Positions 1 through 9,302 are shown, numbered from the stretch's first letter. The stretch: DNA of 64,000 nt from a virus (IMGVR_UViG_3300032220_001761:1134-65133), one strand, 5' to 3'. The notes: a model not told the origin generated them from the letters alone. Made by a program: numbers and translations.

Positions 1-293
1 AAAAAATGGCTAGCAAATAAAACACCTTCCTTTATTATTTCTACCTGCAATCTTAATTCCTCTTCATTCTTTTTAACTATGTAGAACTTTAAACTGTTGC
101 CTGTGAATAAAAAATTAACAGAGTAGATTAATATTCTTTCTTTTTTAAATTTCCAAGGTGAGAATCCTTTAAAAGGTACAAATGAAAATCCATGTATCTT
201 CTTCTTTATAAACGGAAATAAAGGAAGCTTACTTCGTAACGAAGATAAAATATTGCTATGAAAAAATTTCACATATTATTTATCACAAAAAAT

Positions 294-461
294 CTACAAA
301 CTGTATTTATTGCCTCCTAATTTTTCTTCAAGCTGCTCGAGAGTAAATTTTTTAAATGCAACTATAAGAAGTTCCATCTTCATTTCGTCCTCTAATGTTT
401 CAATTCTAAAATCTGGATCTATCTTACTCATAGATTCCGCTAGGTCATATAAATTTTCCAT
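294..461 (-). CDS. small hypothetical protein (about 55 aa). Not in the ORF track (<60 aa). More protein-like than the overlapping + ORF 310..525
   Basis: Reverse-strand ATG at 461 to stop at 294. Charged, mixed composition (MENLYDLAESMSKIDPDF...). The + ORF 310..525 is low-complexity (S/I/F-rich). Confidence 0.3.
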   Translation of the reverse strand: MENLYDLAESMSKIDPDFRIETLEDEMKMELLIVAFKKFTLEQLEEKLGGNKYSL

Positions 462-488
462 CTCTAATTATTTGTTTAATATTTCTAT

Positions 489-833
489 TTGTGTAATAAA
501 ATATTGTTTCGGAACAAAAAAATAAAAAGTGATAAAACATACATGACTTCGATTAAGAATAAAGTAGATCCAGAAAAATTAGAGAACTGGTTCATCGATA
601 ACCGTGAATTAGTTTATACAAGGTCTATAGAGACTGCTAAACAGATGGTAGATAATAAGGATTTAAACGAGGAGATACTTTTCGAATTTTACTGGGGAGA
701 TGCTGTATATTCTAAAATTTTCATGGCAAGAAAAGATATAAAAACAGCCATGGAAAAAGCTCTTAAATATTTCGTTTCGGAAGAGATGTTTGAAAAAGCT
801 CAGGAGATAAAAAATCTCACGGATGCGCTTTGA
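489..833 (+). CDS. hypothetical protein (start more likely the Met at 543)
   Basis: ORF with balanced composition. No recognisable motif. Confidence 0.4.
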   Translation: MCNKILFRNKKIKSDKTYMTSIKNKVDPEKLENWFIDNRELVYTRSIETAKQMVDNKDLNEEILFEFYWGDAVYSKIFMARKDIKTAMEKALKYFVSEEMFEKAQEIKNLTDAL

Positions 834-946
834 AATAGTAGAAAAATCTAAATATTTACGATTTTTTGCCTAAATATTTTTTTTGTTAACATCTTATTGT
901 TAATTTAGCAGTGTAATTAAAAAGATACAAACAAATACTTAAAGAC

Positions 947-1159
947 ATGGGTTCCAAGATTACTCCTACTGAGAAAGGTAAAATCAACGTAAGAGACGAG
1001 AAAGAATTTAAGCTTTGGATAAAGTTTATCGCATCCGTTTACAAAAGCGGCGGTGATATTAACAAGCCAGCTGATATTCTATGGAAAAGTTTCGAAGGGG
1101 AAATTAAAATGGCGGAGACAAGATGTAGGATTAAAAACCAATCCGCAATCTTTTCTTAA
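947..1159 (+). CDS. hypothetical small protein
   Basis: 70-aa ORF, lysine/glutamate-rich, in an intergenic slot. Confidence 0.35.
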   Translation: MGSKITPTEKGKINVRDEKEFKLWIKFIASVYKSGGDINKPADILWKSFEGEIKMAETRCRIKNQSAIFS

Positions 1160-1164
1160 GGCAA

Positions 1165-1737
1165 TTAGTAAAAGAAAATCGAAGATTTTTTAATTCTGGC
1201 TTTTGAAATCCTGTAATTTTTGCGGGAAATTCGATTATCGATTAAAAAATTAAAGAAATCTCCATTTTTAACATTCTTGACCATGGACCTTTCTGTGTTT
1301 TTACATAAAACACTAGTTATTTCCATTTGTCCTTTGTTGATATAATAGTGTGGAAAAAAGCTCTTAAAAAACGTCTTTGTGTTATCTATAGTATAAGCAC
1401 AGCTTTTATTGGTTATGATATTTCTGTTGATCTCGTCCATTAAAAAATCTCTATCTTCTAACACTACCCCAGGTGAAACCCAAAAACAATATGGGGTATA
1501 AACACCAAATTGCGGATTTTTTTCCTTAAAATCCAAACACTCTATTTTTATTGTTCTGTAAAAATCTGAAGACGCCTGGGCTGCATATTGCACGGATCCA
1601 TCGTTAGATCCATAATCTAAAATTATTACGCTAACTCCCCTTATCTTGGTCTGTAATAAAATGCTGTTTAAGGTCGATTTTAGTCCTTCTAGCGTGTTAT
1701 TTGAAGGAATCAATATGGTAACTAGGGTATTAATCAA
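1165..1737 (-). CDS. glycosyltransferase family 2 (GT-A fold)
   Basis: N-terminal VTILIPSNN...L.SIL.QT and DYGSNDGS, matching the GT2 nucleotide-sugar binding region (IPTYN...SL.NQT, DDGSTD). Confidence 0.6.
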   Translation of the reverse strand: MINTLVTILIPSNNTLEGLKSTLNSILLQTKIRGVSVIILDYGSNDGSVQYAAQASSDFYRTIKIECLDFKEKNPQFGVYTPYCFWVSPGVVLEDRDFLMDEINRNIITNKSCAYTIDNTKTFFKSFFPHYYINKGQMEITSVLCKNTERSMVKNVKNGDFFNFLIDNRISRKNYRISKARIKKSSIFFY

Positions 1738-1743
1738 ATCGCT

Positions 1744-2064
1744 TTATTTAAAAAATAATTGATGGATAGTAAGAGCCACAGCACCTACAAATAATATTCT
1801 AAAAAGTCTATTCATACTAGGAAGAATTATCTCCGGTAAAAAATCCTTAATAGGTTTATCTTTTTCTGATATCCTTATCCTATTTCTTGTCATCATAAGG
1901 ATAAAACTAAGTCCTATTATTTGATAGTATTGAAAAGATGAAAGATAAGGAATTTCATAAACTTTAACTATTACATAGACCACTAGTGCTTCCAAAAGAG
2001 CTAGAGGTAAAGCTATTAATACTGCTAAAAATATTGCAGAGGTTATTCTTTTTATTAATTCCAT
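1744..2064 (-). CDS. small integral membrane protein
   Basis: Two to three hydrophobic helices (AIFLAVLIALPLALLEALVVYVIV; IIGLSFILMM; LFVGAVALTI). Confidence 0.45.
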   Translation of the reverse strand: MELIKRITSAIFLAVLIALPLALLEALVVYVIVKVYEIPYLSSFQYYQIIGLSFILMMTRNRIRISEKDKPIKDFLPEIILPSMNRLFRILFVGAVALTIHQLFFK

Positions 2065-2067
2065 GTC

Positions 2068-2484
2068 TTATGTATTCTCTACTGTGTGTGGGATCAATAC
2101 TCTAATACAAGTTTGCGGAAGTCTGCAATTTTTTAGATAGTTATTGATGTATCCCATAATGTTTGCTGATCCTATAGGATTAGCACTGTGTGTAACAGTC
2201 AGAGGTAATTTTTTACCTGTCGATATGCTTTGATCAACAAGCCATTTTGCACAATCGTATCCGGTTTTTTCAGTAATGTTATCGTAGTCTAGAACATAGT
2301 TCTTAGATACATTACCGAAATATTCTTTTATTGCAGAATCCCCAAGGTCATGATCGAGCGAGATTTTTTCTATATTTTCCATCCCAATTTTGCTGACTGT
2401 TTTTACAAACTCGTGATAGTTTCTACAAATGATCCATCCGCTTTCAATTGGTGTTCGTATATCGTCTAAGTAAATGTTTTCCAT
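2068..2484 (-). CDS. hypothetical protein
   Basis: 138-aa ORF. 4-bp spacing to neighbours in a co-directional block. Confidence 0.45.
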   Translation of the reverse strand: MENIYLDDIRTPIESGWIICRNYHEFVKTVSKIGMENIEKISLDHDLGDSAIKEYFGNVSKNYVLDYDNITEKTGYDCAKWLVDQSISTGKKLPLTVTHSANPIGSANIMGYINNYLKNCRLPQTCIRVLIPHTVENT

Positions 2485-2488
2485 GCCT

Positions 2489-2878
2489 CTATTTATCTGT
2501 CATTAGTCTAACCCAATTATTACATTTTTTTCCATGCTTTTTAGCATAATTTTCAGCGGTTATTTCATACGGATGATTTCTACCCTTTCTCCTATAAACA
2601 ACCTCGTATTTGTCGTACATAGAAGCTATGTTTTGCTGATAATGCTTCCATTCATGTATTATCGTTTCACATAGATCAAGACTTGATATATGATTCTGTA
2701 GGTATACTGTTATAAGATTTTTACCCTCTTTGTAATATCCCTTTAAAAAAGAATCGGTCTTTTTAGATCTAATAAAAATCCTAGGTATACCTTCGTGGTA
2801 TTTTGACGTTTTTAAATTTGCTATACACCAAATATATGCAAAGTTACAGATGTCGGTTTTTTGTTTGGTAGAAAGCAT
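2489..2878 (-). CDS. hypothetical protein with an HExxH-like motif (possible small zinc metallopeptidase-like)
   Basis: Motif CETIIHEWKHY (HEWKH = HExxH). Otherwise no match. Confidence 0.4.
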   Translation of the reverse strand: MLSTKQKTDICNFAYIWCIANLKTSKYHEGIPRIFIRSKKTDSFLKGYYKEGKNLITVYLQNHISSLDLCETIIHEWKHYQQNIASMYDKYEVVYRRKGRNHPYEITAENYAKKHGKKCNNWVRLMTDK

Positions 2879-2892
2879 AATTTTTTTCAGAG

Positions 2893-3306
2893 TTATAATA
2901 TGTCTTTGAATGAGTCTTGATCTTTTGGAATAGCATCGAAAGATAGAATTTTTTCGATATTTACCGTTCCGTCTTCGTTTACTGTCCCAATAGATCTTGA
3001 TCTAAAAACAATAGAATTATCAATCTCTGACATTATATTTTTTAATTCATTACCTTTTGGTGTATCAAGAATATTCATTTCCCCGTATAGAGTGTTATTC
3101 TCTACCCATATTCTTTCAACGTTGTGTGACACCTTAGAAAGGTTAACATCCATATCTTCCGGGAATCCCATTTGTCCAAAGAAAACGCCGTTGGTGTTTT
3201 TTTTCTCCATAAATTGATTTACAATTTCATTTACGGCTTCTTCTGTATAGATTCTTCCATTTAGATTTTTTTCACCGATTTTTAGTAGTACAGTCTTTAT
3301 CTTCAT
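2893..3306 (-). CDS. hypothetical protein
   Basis: 137-aa ORF. Overlaps next gene by 4 bp (operon-like). Confidence 0.45.
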   Translation of the reverse strand: MKIKTVLLKIGEKNLNGRIYTEEAVNEIVNQFMEKKNTNGVFFGQMGFPEDMDVNLSKVSHNVERIWVENNTLYGEMNILDTPKGNELKNIMSEIDNSIVFRSRSIGTVNEDGTVNIEKILSFDAIPKDQDSFKDIL

Positions 3307-3605
3307 AGTATTTTTATTTCCAGGAATTCTTCGCAGTCATTTCTACCAACTAAAGCAGAAGAATCCTCCTTGTTATCAATCACTTTTAAATCTCCAACGT
3401 AATCCTGGTGAAATTCATCTAGTAGGGATTTATCAACCTTTACATAGTTTGCATATCCTTTTTTTGTAATGTTATTAAAACTAAATGACCCGGATAAAAT
3501 TCTAGAGACCAATCTTCTATTTTTTGCCATAGGATCTTCAATAGATGAAAGATCTAATTCTGGATTGAATCCGATGGATTCTAATTTTCGCTTTTCGATT
3601 TTCAT
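3303..3605 (-). CDS. hypothetical protein
   Basis: 100-aa ORF. 4-bp overlaps on both sides. Confidence 0.45.
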   Translation of the reverse strand: MKIEKRKLESIGFNPELDLSSIEDPMAKNRRLVSRILSGSFSFNNITKKGYANYVKVDKSLLDEFHQDYVGDLKVIDNKEDSSALVGRNDCEEFLEIKIL

Positions 3606-4120
3606 ATTCCGTATTTTCCTTTTATGATTCTTCTGCTATCAATATCAGATTGTATAAAATTTGCGATTGCTTCAATCTCCGATTCAACCGAACCTATCAT
3701 TCTCATTCCTGGGTAGAACAAGATACCTTTGATGATTTTATCGTTGACAGAAAGACGATCTCCTCTGCTTGGCTCGACTCTATATTCTTTGAATTTTTCT
3801 TGTAGCCCTTTGAGAACTTGCCAATAAGGTCTGCATTTTTTTGCCAGAGAGTTGTACTCCTCAGAACCTGAAAAAACCATCTGGCCGCTTTCGTTAATAA
3901 TAAAGAAACCCCTACCAAAGGAATGGCCATAATCCCCATAGAGGTGTGTCGACTCATACGAGTTGATCGATCTCCCACCGTTTTCATATACTGTAACAGT
4001 GTTTCCCATATGATCTTTGTAGGTTTCTTTGATTTCTGGACCTTCCAATGAGGGTGTAACTGGGATGATTTCATCAGCTATTGTTTTTGAGAATATCTTT
4101 TTTACTATTGGGAATTTCAT
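3602..4120 (-). CDS. hypothetical protein
   Basis: 172-aa ORF with balanced composition. The embedded ORF 3703..4074 in another frame is judged spurious. Confidence 0.5.
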   Translation of the reverse strand: MKFPIVKKIFSKTIADEIIPVTPSLEGPEIKETYKDHMGNTVTVYENGGRSINSYESTHLYGDYGHSFGRGFFIINESGQMVFSGSEEYNSLAKKCRPYWQVLKGLQEKFKEYRVEPSRGDRLSVNDKIIKGILFYPGMRMIGSVESEIEAIANFIQSDIDSRRIIKGKYGI

Positions 4121-4375
4121 TTGAATATTGTGTCTTGTGGTAGAGGATTCGTATTCTTTTTAGTCTTCTTTTCTTGTTTTATTTCTACTTGGATAAATTC
4201 ACAGAACTTTCTAACCATATTAGTTTTATTGTATGTCATATCTAGAAGCAAAAAGATAATTCAAATTTTAACCATCCAATAATCAATTCATAGTCTCCGT
4301 TTAATACCCTTGAATATGTCACCTTTATATAGGGAATTAAATAGAATTGATAACAAACTTCGTTTATTTGTACTT

Positions 4376-4588
4376 TCATTTTTTAAGTTTAATTTCTGGA
4401 TCAACCTCGATTATTTCAGGTGCCATGTATAAGTGCATAAGTGTCCCGGCTTTATCTGAATCCAATCCGATTAACCAATTTCTACCGAGACCTTTAATAT
4501 CATCTTTATTGATTAAAAAATTGTGGATATATTCACTTTGCTTAAGAAGATCTTGCTTTTGTTCTTCAGTTTCAACTATTATTTTCAT
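4376..4588 (-). CDS. hypothetical small acidic protein
   Basis: 70-aa ORF, 1 bp downstream of the thyA-like gene on the same strand. The overlapping + ORF 4347..4601 is low-complexity. Confidence 0.4.
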   Translation of the reverse strand: MKIIVETEEQKQDLLKQSEYIHNFLINKDDIKGLGRNWLIGLDSDKAGTLMHLYMAPEIIEVDPEIKLKK

Positions 4589-4589
4589 A

Positions 4590-5828
4590 TTAATTACTTA
4601 GCGGTGCTTTAATTGTTTCGTGTGATTGATAGTCACTTAGAATAAAATCATTAATAGAACTAGAAAATATCCCATCTCTAACATGAACTGTAGGTAAAGG
4701 GAAAGGCTCTCTTGTTTTCTTAGGTATTTTATACGAATCATAATACTCGCTTAATCCTCCTCCAAAAGGAACCATTTCAGAAACTGCTGTGCTATAAAAA
4801 TCTCCCATAGCAGTCTTTAACATATCATGTCTTTCTTCGTGAGTGTAGTTTCTGCCAATCTGCTCCTTTGCTTGTTCAATATGATTTGAATAAAGATGAA
4901 CATCACCCAAGTTACCAATCAATTCATCAGGAATCATATTAACCTCGTCTGCAATCATCATCAATAACAATCCGTAAGATGCAATGTTAAATGGTAAACC
5001 TAAGAATGTATCTACTGAACGTTGATTCCACATTAGAGAGATTGCTCGTTTAGGAACACCATAAGGTCTAAAAAACTCATCCATAGAAAATTCAACATCG
5101 AATTCTCTCATAGGTAAACCAATTTTAGGTCTATTTTTCTTCATCCAATCCAATCTTTCTTCATTACTCAACTCTCTTGTATAAACTTGAAATCCATAAT
5201 GACAAGGTGGAAGTACCATTTGGTCTAATTCTCCAACATTCCAAGCATTAACCATTAATCGTCTTGAGTCTGGATTTGTTTTAAGGTCGTTGATTAGATT
5301 TTGAATTTGGTCTATTGGTTTATAAACAATCTTTGGCCATTGTAATCTATCATCATTTGGCCATTCCACTAAATCACCAGATTTACACTTTTCTGGTGTA
5401 TTCCAACTTCTCCATTGCTTACCATAAATTGGACCTAATTCACCCCACTTCTTGGCAAACTCATCATCTATTTTGATCTTCTCAATGAATTCTTCTTGTG
5501 ACAATAACTTATCTTTTTCAGTTTCACCAATTACATCTAATGCTTTTTTTTCATAATTCTTATAAGCATCACCATCCCAAATATGACAATTATTATCAAC
5601 AAGGTATTTGATATTAGTATCGCCACGTAAGAACCAAATCAATTCAGTTACAACTGTCTTAAATGGCATCTTTTTGGTTGTAAGGAGTGGGAATCCTTCT
5701 GACATCTTATGACGGATTTGTCTTCCGAATACTGATAGTGTACCAGTCCCTGTTCTGTCTTTCTTTTCTACACCATTATCAAGGATATCTTGAAGGAGTG
5801 CTATGTATGTTTTATCTAGGTTGTTCAT
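4590..5828 (-). CDS. thyA: thymidylate synthase (ThyA) family enzyme with three large insertions (412 aa). Could be a dUMP methylase or a dUMP hydroxymethylase
   Basis: ThyA motifs present: ELGPIYGKQWRSW (dUMP-binding loop), MVLPPCHYGFQ (catalytic Cys), NQRSVDTFLGLPFNIASYGLL with Asn retained in PFNIAS (uracil specificity), and C-terminal HETIKAP. About 100 extra residues inserted relative to 264-320 aa ThyA. Confidence 0.75.
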   Translation of the reverse strand: MNNLDKTYIALLQDILDNGVEKKDRTGTGTLSVFGRQIRHKMSEGFPLLTTKKMPFKTVVTELIWFLRGDTNIKYLVDNNCHIWDGDAYKNYEKKALDVIGETEKDKLLSQEEFIEKIKIDDEFAKKWGELGPIYGKQWRSWNTPEKCKSGDLVEWPNDDRLQWPKIVYKPIDQIQNLINDLKTNPDSRRLMVNAWNVGELDQMVLPPCHYGFQVYTRELSNEERLDWMKKNRPKIGLPMREFDVEFSMDEFFRPYGVPKRAISLMWNQRSVDTFLGLPFNIASYGLLLMMIADEVNMIPDELIGNLGDVHLYSNHIEQAKEQIGRNYTHEERHDMLKTAMGDFYSTAVSEMVPFGGGLSEYYDSYKIPKKTREPFPLPTVHVRDGIFSSSINDFILSDYQSHETIKAPLSN

Positions 5829-6030
5829 TATCCTTATTATCGTATTTCATTTCAATATAGTAAAGTTGCCCACTCGGAGGTGGCATTGGAGAAACCTCTA
5901 CGTCTTTGGCATCTACTTGTTTAAATTCTACCTTGGTCCATTTAAAACCCCAAGCCTTTGCTAGTTTATCTAAAAAACTTTGCGGATACCTGTGTTTAAA
6001 TCCTCCTAATAATCTGCTCATTTCTATCAA
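5812..6030 (-). CDS. hypothetical protein
   Basis: 72-aa ORF overlapping the thyA-like start by 17 bp. Confidence 0.4.
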   Translation of the reverse strand: MIEMSRLLGGFKHRYPQSFLDKLAKAWGFKWTKVEFKQVDAKDVEVSPMPPPSGQLYYIEMKYDNKDNEQPR

Positions 6031-6281
6031 TTTTTTTTATAAAATCTCTCGTAGTTTTCATCGAATATTTTGTCTATCTGTTCTTTGTACTTAGGATCTT
6101 CTGAAACAATTTCCATTAGATCCCTATACATTTGATAGCCAAATCTAAGATCTCTTAGATATCCTTTGCAGTAATCGCCTTTTTCGGATTGCTTGCAAAC
6201 TAAAGCAGAACAGCATCCTTCTTCTCCACAAGCATCACACTCTTTACAGTATGGTAAATAGGTATTTTCGTTATACTCCAT
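6027..6281 (-). CDS. small cysteine-rich (probable zinc-binding) protein
   Basis: CKECDACGEEGCCSALVCKQSEKGDYCKGY cluster. Confidence 0.4.
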   Translation of the reverse strand: MEYNENTYLPYCKECDACGEEGCCSALVCKQSEKGDYCKGYLRDLRFGYQMYRDLMEIVSEDPKYKEQIDKIFDENYERFYKKN

Positions 6282-6537
6282 CCTCCTCAGGCTGCGGGTT
6301 AAAATTCTCGAAATGTGGATTCTCTAATTGCTTAAATCCCCCTTCGCTATCATCGTACATGTAGGCGAGTGTTACTATGCAATTTCTTAAACCTTCCATT
6401 TCATTTTCAATAGAATCTACACCTATTACAATTGTAGGATCTGAGTCTTTATCCCTGGTATTCTTATTCAATTTTCTAGTTAATGAATTATAGCTAGATA
6501 ATAGGTGGTTTCTTAAACCATCCATGCTTACTGTCAT
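6271..6537 (-). CDS. hypothetical protein
   Basis: 88-aa ORF in operon-like tandem. Confidence 0.4.
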   Translation of the reverse strand: MTVSMDGLRNHLLSSYNSLTRKLNKNTRDKDSDPTIVIGVDSIENEMEGLRNCIVTLAYMYDDSEGGFKQLENPHFENFNPQPEEDGV

Positions 6538-6725
6538 GATTTCTCCGTATTGTAGTGTTCTAATTGATCCTCATTAAAAATATGTAGTAATCCATATTCG
6601 TCCATTTCGCCAACTACGCGAATATTTCCTCCTACCGTTTTGAATACACTTACTATTGTACAAGGAAATTTATATCCCTTAGACTTGTAAGCTTTATCTC
6701 CTACTTTGAATTTTGTATTTTCCAT
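6534..6725 (-). CDS. hypothetical small protein
   Basis: 63-aa ORF with 4-bp overlap. Confidence 0.35.
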   Translation of the reverse strand: MENTKFKVGDKAYKSKGYKFPCTIVSVFKTVGGNIRVVGEMDEYGLLHIFNEDQLEHYNTEKS

Positions 6726-6726
6726 T

Positions 6727-7197
6727 TTAGTATGTTTTTCCTTCTGTGTTGATGCCTATAAATTCGTCAAGTTTTTTCAAATCAGGTTTCATTGAACCTG
6801 GATATTTTGAGTAATTGATTGTTTCTCCTTTGCTGTCAGTAATAATAAGTTCTCCATGAACAAAGTTCTGAATTTCCATCACAGATAAAACACCAACATG
6901 TTTTTTGTATTGATCTATAATTTCGTATCCGTGATCTCTAAGAACAGCAGTTAGGATAGGGCCTTCACTATTCAGAAGTTCCATTGATTTTGATTTTTCC
7001 ATATTATAAAAATTATCATCTATTTCTTCATAGAAATATTCGTTGTTTGGATCTTCCTCTTCTCCACAAAAGCTAATGCAATGATGTATAAGTTTAATAT
7101 TTTCCTCAGAACAGAAAAGAATAGAAATAACTCTTGTTTCTGTTGTGTCCCCAGTATCTGGATCTATGTGTTTGTACTTTAGCTTATATAGTGGCAT
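6727..7197 (-). CDS. hypothetical protein
   Basis: 156-aa ORF. Confidence 0.45.
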   Translation of the reverse strand: MPLYKLKYKHIDPDTGDTTETRVISILFCSEENIKLIHHCISFCGEEEDPNNEYFYEEIDDNFYNMEKSKSMELLNSEGPILTAVLRDHGYEIIDQYKKHVGVLSVMEIQNFVHGELIITDSKGETINYSKYPGSMKPDLKKLDEFIGINTEGKTY

Positions 7198-7216
7198 ATA
7201 GTAAATGTAAGTTTTC

Positions 7217-7537
7217 TTATGATTTTATTCTGAAATAATTATTAACACACAGATACTCATAAAGTCCTTTTAAATCCTCACAAATAGGATTTTTATTTTC
7301 GTCCCAAGCATTCATATCTTTTCTTGGCTCACCCGAAATAGCATCTTTTTCCCACAGGAACCACTCTAACCAGTCAAGTCCTTCTGGTGTTAATATTTCT
7401 TCCCATAACATTCTAAAAAGGGTATGATACTGGTCAGTAAAATCTAGAATGTCAACCCCAACAGAGTATGCTTTTTTTACTTTTTTATCCTGTTCCGAAA
7501 GAAGGTTAATGTATTTTTCAAGCTTTTCGTACTCCAT
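7217..7537 (-). CDS. hypothetical protein
   Basis: 106-aa ORF. First gene of the minus block, diverging from the 7609 gene. Confidence 0.45.
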   Translation of the reverse strand: MEYEKLEKYINLLSEQDKKVKKAYSVGVDILDFTDQYHTLFRMLWEEILTPEGLDWLEWFLWEKDAISGEPRKDMNAWDENKNPICEDLKGLYEYLCVNNYFRIKS

Positions 7538-7568
7538 AATTACTTATTTTTAGGTGCAAAAACAAAGA

Positions 7569-7582
7569 AAGTTCCGGAACTT
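7569..7582. promoter_or_regulatory. 14-bp perfect palindrome AAGTTCCGGAACTT in a 71-bp divergent intergenic region (candidate operator)
   Basis: Read directly. It equals its own reverse complement. Lies between divergently transcribed genes 7217..7537(-) and 7609..8232(+). Confidence 0.4.
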
Positions 7583-7608
7583 AAGCTATTAGCAATCATA
7601 AAATAAGC

Positions 7609-8232
7609 ATGATATATTTTACATCAGATACACATTACAGCCACAAGAATCTTGTTAAAGGAACTTCAAGATGGGAGGATACTTCACGATGTAGGGATTT
7701 TAAATCTCTAAAGGAGCATGACGATTTAATAGTTAATTCTATAAATTCTTTAGTAGGACAGGAAGATACCCTTTATCATCTAGGTGATTGGAGTTTTGGT
7801 GGGATCGAAAACATAGAAATTTTCAGAAGAAGAATCAACTGCTTTGATGTCCATTTGATTTTAGGAAACCACGATCAGCATATTGAAGCTAATCCTGAAA
7901 ACTTTATACATCTTTTTAGCAGTATTTCACACTATAAAGAAATAAGTGTTGGTGGAAATAAAATAGTATTAAGTCATTGGCCAATGAAGGTGTGGCATAA
8001 ATCACATCGAGGTTCTTGGCAATTACATGGTCACTGTCACGATCATCTTAGACCTGATGAATGGTGGACTAAATCAAAACCGCAGGAAAGAAGAAGAACA
8101 ATGGACGTGGGGATGGACACCAACGATTATAAACCTTGGTCTTTTGAAGTTCTCGAGAAAATGATGTTGAAATTAACTAAGCATCCTGACGGACTAGACA
8201 ACCATAAGCCTTTTAGATCTGAGGAAGACTAA
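7609..8232 (+). CDS. calcineurin-like metallophosphoesterase
   Basis: Metallophosphoesterase motifs DTHYSH (DxH), LGDWSFGG (GDxx), ILGNHD (GNH[DE]), HGHCH. Confidence 0.65.
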   Translation: MIYFTSDTHYSHKNLVKGTSRWEDTSRCRDFKSLKEHDDLIVNSINSLVGQEDTLYHLGDWSFGGIENIEIFRRRINCFDVHLILGNHDQHIEANPENFIHLFSSISHYKEISVGGNKIVLSHWPMKVWHKSHRGSWQLHGHCHDHLRPDEWWTKSKPQERRRTMDVGMDTNDYKPWSFEVLEKMMLKLTKHPDGLDNHKPFRSEED

Positions 8233-9277
8233 TACTCTGCAATAATCCATCAGGAACTTTATTTTCTATTTCCGACCAAACAGATGGTGCTGTGGCAGTA
8301 GAATCATTAGTCATGGTTAAAGCTTTTCCAGCCCACTCGCTTTTTACAGCAAGATTTAAAGCCTGTATATGTGATGTAGCTTCTAAACTTTCTTTAGATA
8401 AAGATTCAAGTATTATCTTAGAGGCTTCTCCTATTAGATTTAAGCAACAGTCTTTATGATTTTTATCCACCGTTAAGTCGTGGAATTCAAATATACTGGA
8501 TTTATAATTTTTACTAGTTTGCCCGTTTATCTTTATTAAAAGAGCATTTCCTATTTCTGTTAATGCCTTCTGCTTCAGATCCGAGATTTCAGATTCGTTT
8601 TTAGCTTCTGTGTGACAAATAAGATCTGAATGAATTTCTAACATGGTGTTTATAGCTTGAACCTCTTTAGCACCGTGTATTCCTTCAATCGATAATTTTA
8701 CATGATCGTCATTAAAGATCTTATCAGGATCGATGTTTGGAAGATCAATCCCTATGAATTCTGACATATAATCAAGAACCACACTCATAGCTTGATCCGG
8801 AGTTTTAGTTGTGGTATTTAGCCATATATGGTTGGCAACATGAGTAAATGGAGTTATTGCTCTGTATTTGAAAAAGAATTCCGCATCTATTTTTAACTCA
8901 CCGTTATAAGCGAGTCCAGTTACAGTATCAATTCCACCTTTTATTATTATATCACCTTCTGAAAAATCAGAAGGAGTTTGGAATACACCAAAAGAATCAG
9001 TAGTAGAGTTTTTAATAGATCCGTCAGAATATAAAAAAATGACCTGTGCTCCTGAAAGAGTAGCATCTGAAGCTACCCCAGAAAACCCGCCATTTCCAAA
9101 AACACCTACAAAATAATCGCCAGTATCGCTATCTCCTTCTTCATAAGAGAATGGTATTTTTTTCTTGAGAGCTTCATAAATCTGTTGCTCTCTTTCCTTC
9201 TCTTTTTCCCAGATTTTGTACTTAATTCTAAGCTGTTCTTCTGTAAGCCCTGGATATTTTTCTCTAAAACTTTTCAT
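8213..9277 (-). CDS. hypothetical protein
   Basis: 354-aa ORF. Converges on and overlaps 7609..8232 by 20 bp. No family recognised. Confidence 0.5.
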   Translation of the reverse strand: MKSFREKYPGLTEEQLRIKYKIWEKEKEREQQIYEALKKKIPFSYEEGDSDTGDYFVGVFGNGGFSGVASDATLSGAQVIFLYSDGSIKNSTTDSFGVFQTPSDFSEGDIIIKGGIDTVTGLAYNGELKIDAEFFFKYRAITPFTHVANHIWLNTTTKTPDQAMSVVLDYMSEFIGIDLPNIDPDKIFNDDHVKLSIEGIHGAKEVQAINTMLEIHSDLICHTEAKNESEISDLKQKALTEIGNALLIKINGQTSKNYKSSIFEFHDLTVDKNHKDCCLNLIGEASKIILESLSKESLEATSHIQALNLAVKSEWAGKALTMTNDSTATAPSVWSEIENKVPDGLLQSISLPQI

Positions 9278-9302
9278 TCTAGATTATATATCCCCTCAAT
9301 TA

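Noticed and set aside
310-525. ORF-track + strand ORF (71 aa)
   Set aside because: Low-complexity S/I/F-rich translation. The opposite strand carries a more protein-like 55-aa ORF (294..461). Treated as spurious.
882-908. Bacteroidota-type promoter (TTTG ... TAATTTAG) upstream of 947..1159
   Set aside because: Spacer between the TTTG and the TAnnTTTG-like element is about 15 nt instead of 19-21. Not reported as a promoter.
3703-4074. 123-aa ORF embedded in another frame of 3602..4120, and the many similar embedded or antisense ORFs (4347..4601, 5906..6094, 10877..11080, 11823..12011, 12078..12263, 12418..12720, 15674..15931, 16991..17260, 18410..18634, 19982..20203, 20777..21127, 21055..21243, 21507..21716, 21841..22029, 22711..22935, 25031..25225, 25424..25642, 25659..25847, 28036..28365, 29193..29402, 29844..30074, 30129..30380, 32881..33177, 34014..34196, 37815..38066, 38124..38318, 38766..39107, 39203..39457, 39953..40174, 40248..40430, 41503..41736, 42899..43117, 43065..43253, 44394..44600, 45975..46241, 47417..47608, 48129..48314, 48553..48738, 49785..50105, 50735..50962, 51783..51998, 53856..54128, 56730..56960, 57502..57705, 59917..60102, 60148..60375, 61627..61887, 62154..62360, 62489..62902, 63035..63349)
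   Set aside because: Each lies wholly or largely inside a longer ORF that has recognisable motifs or better composition. Their translations are low-complexity or hydrophobic-junk typical of antisense frames in AT-rich DNA.
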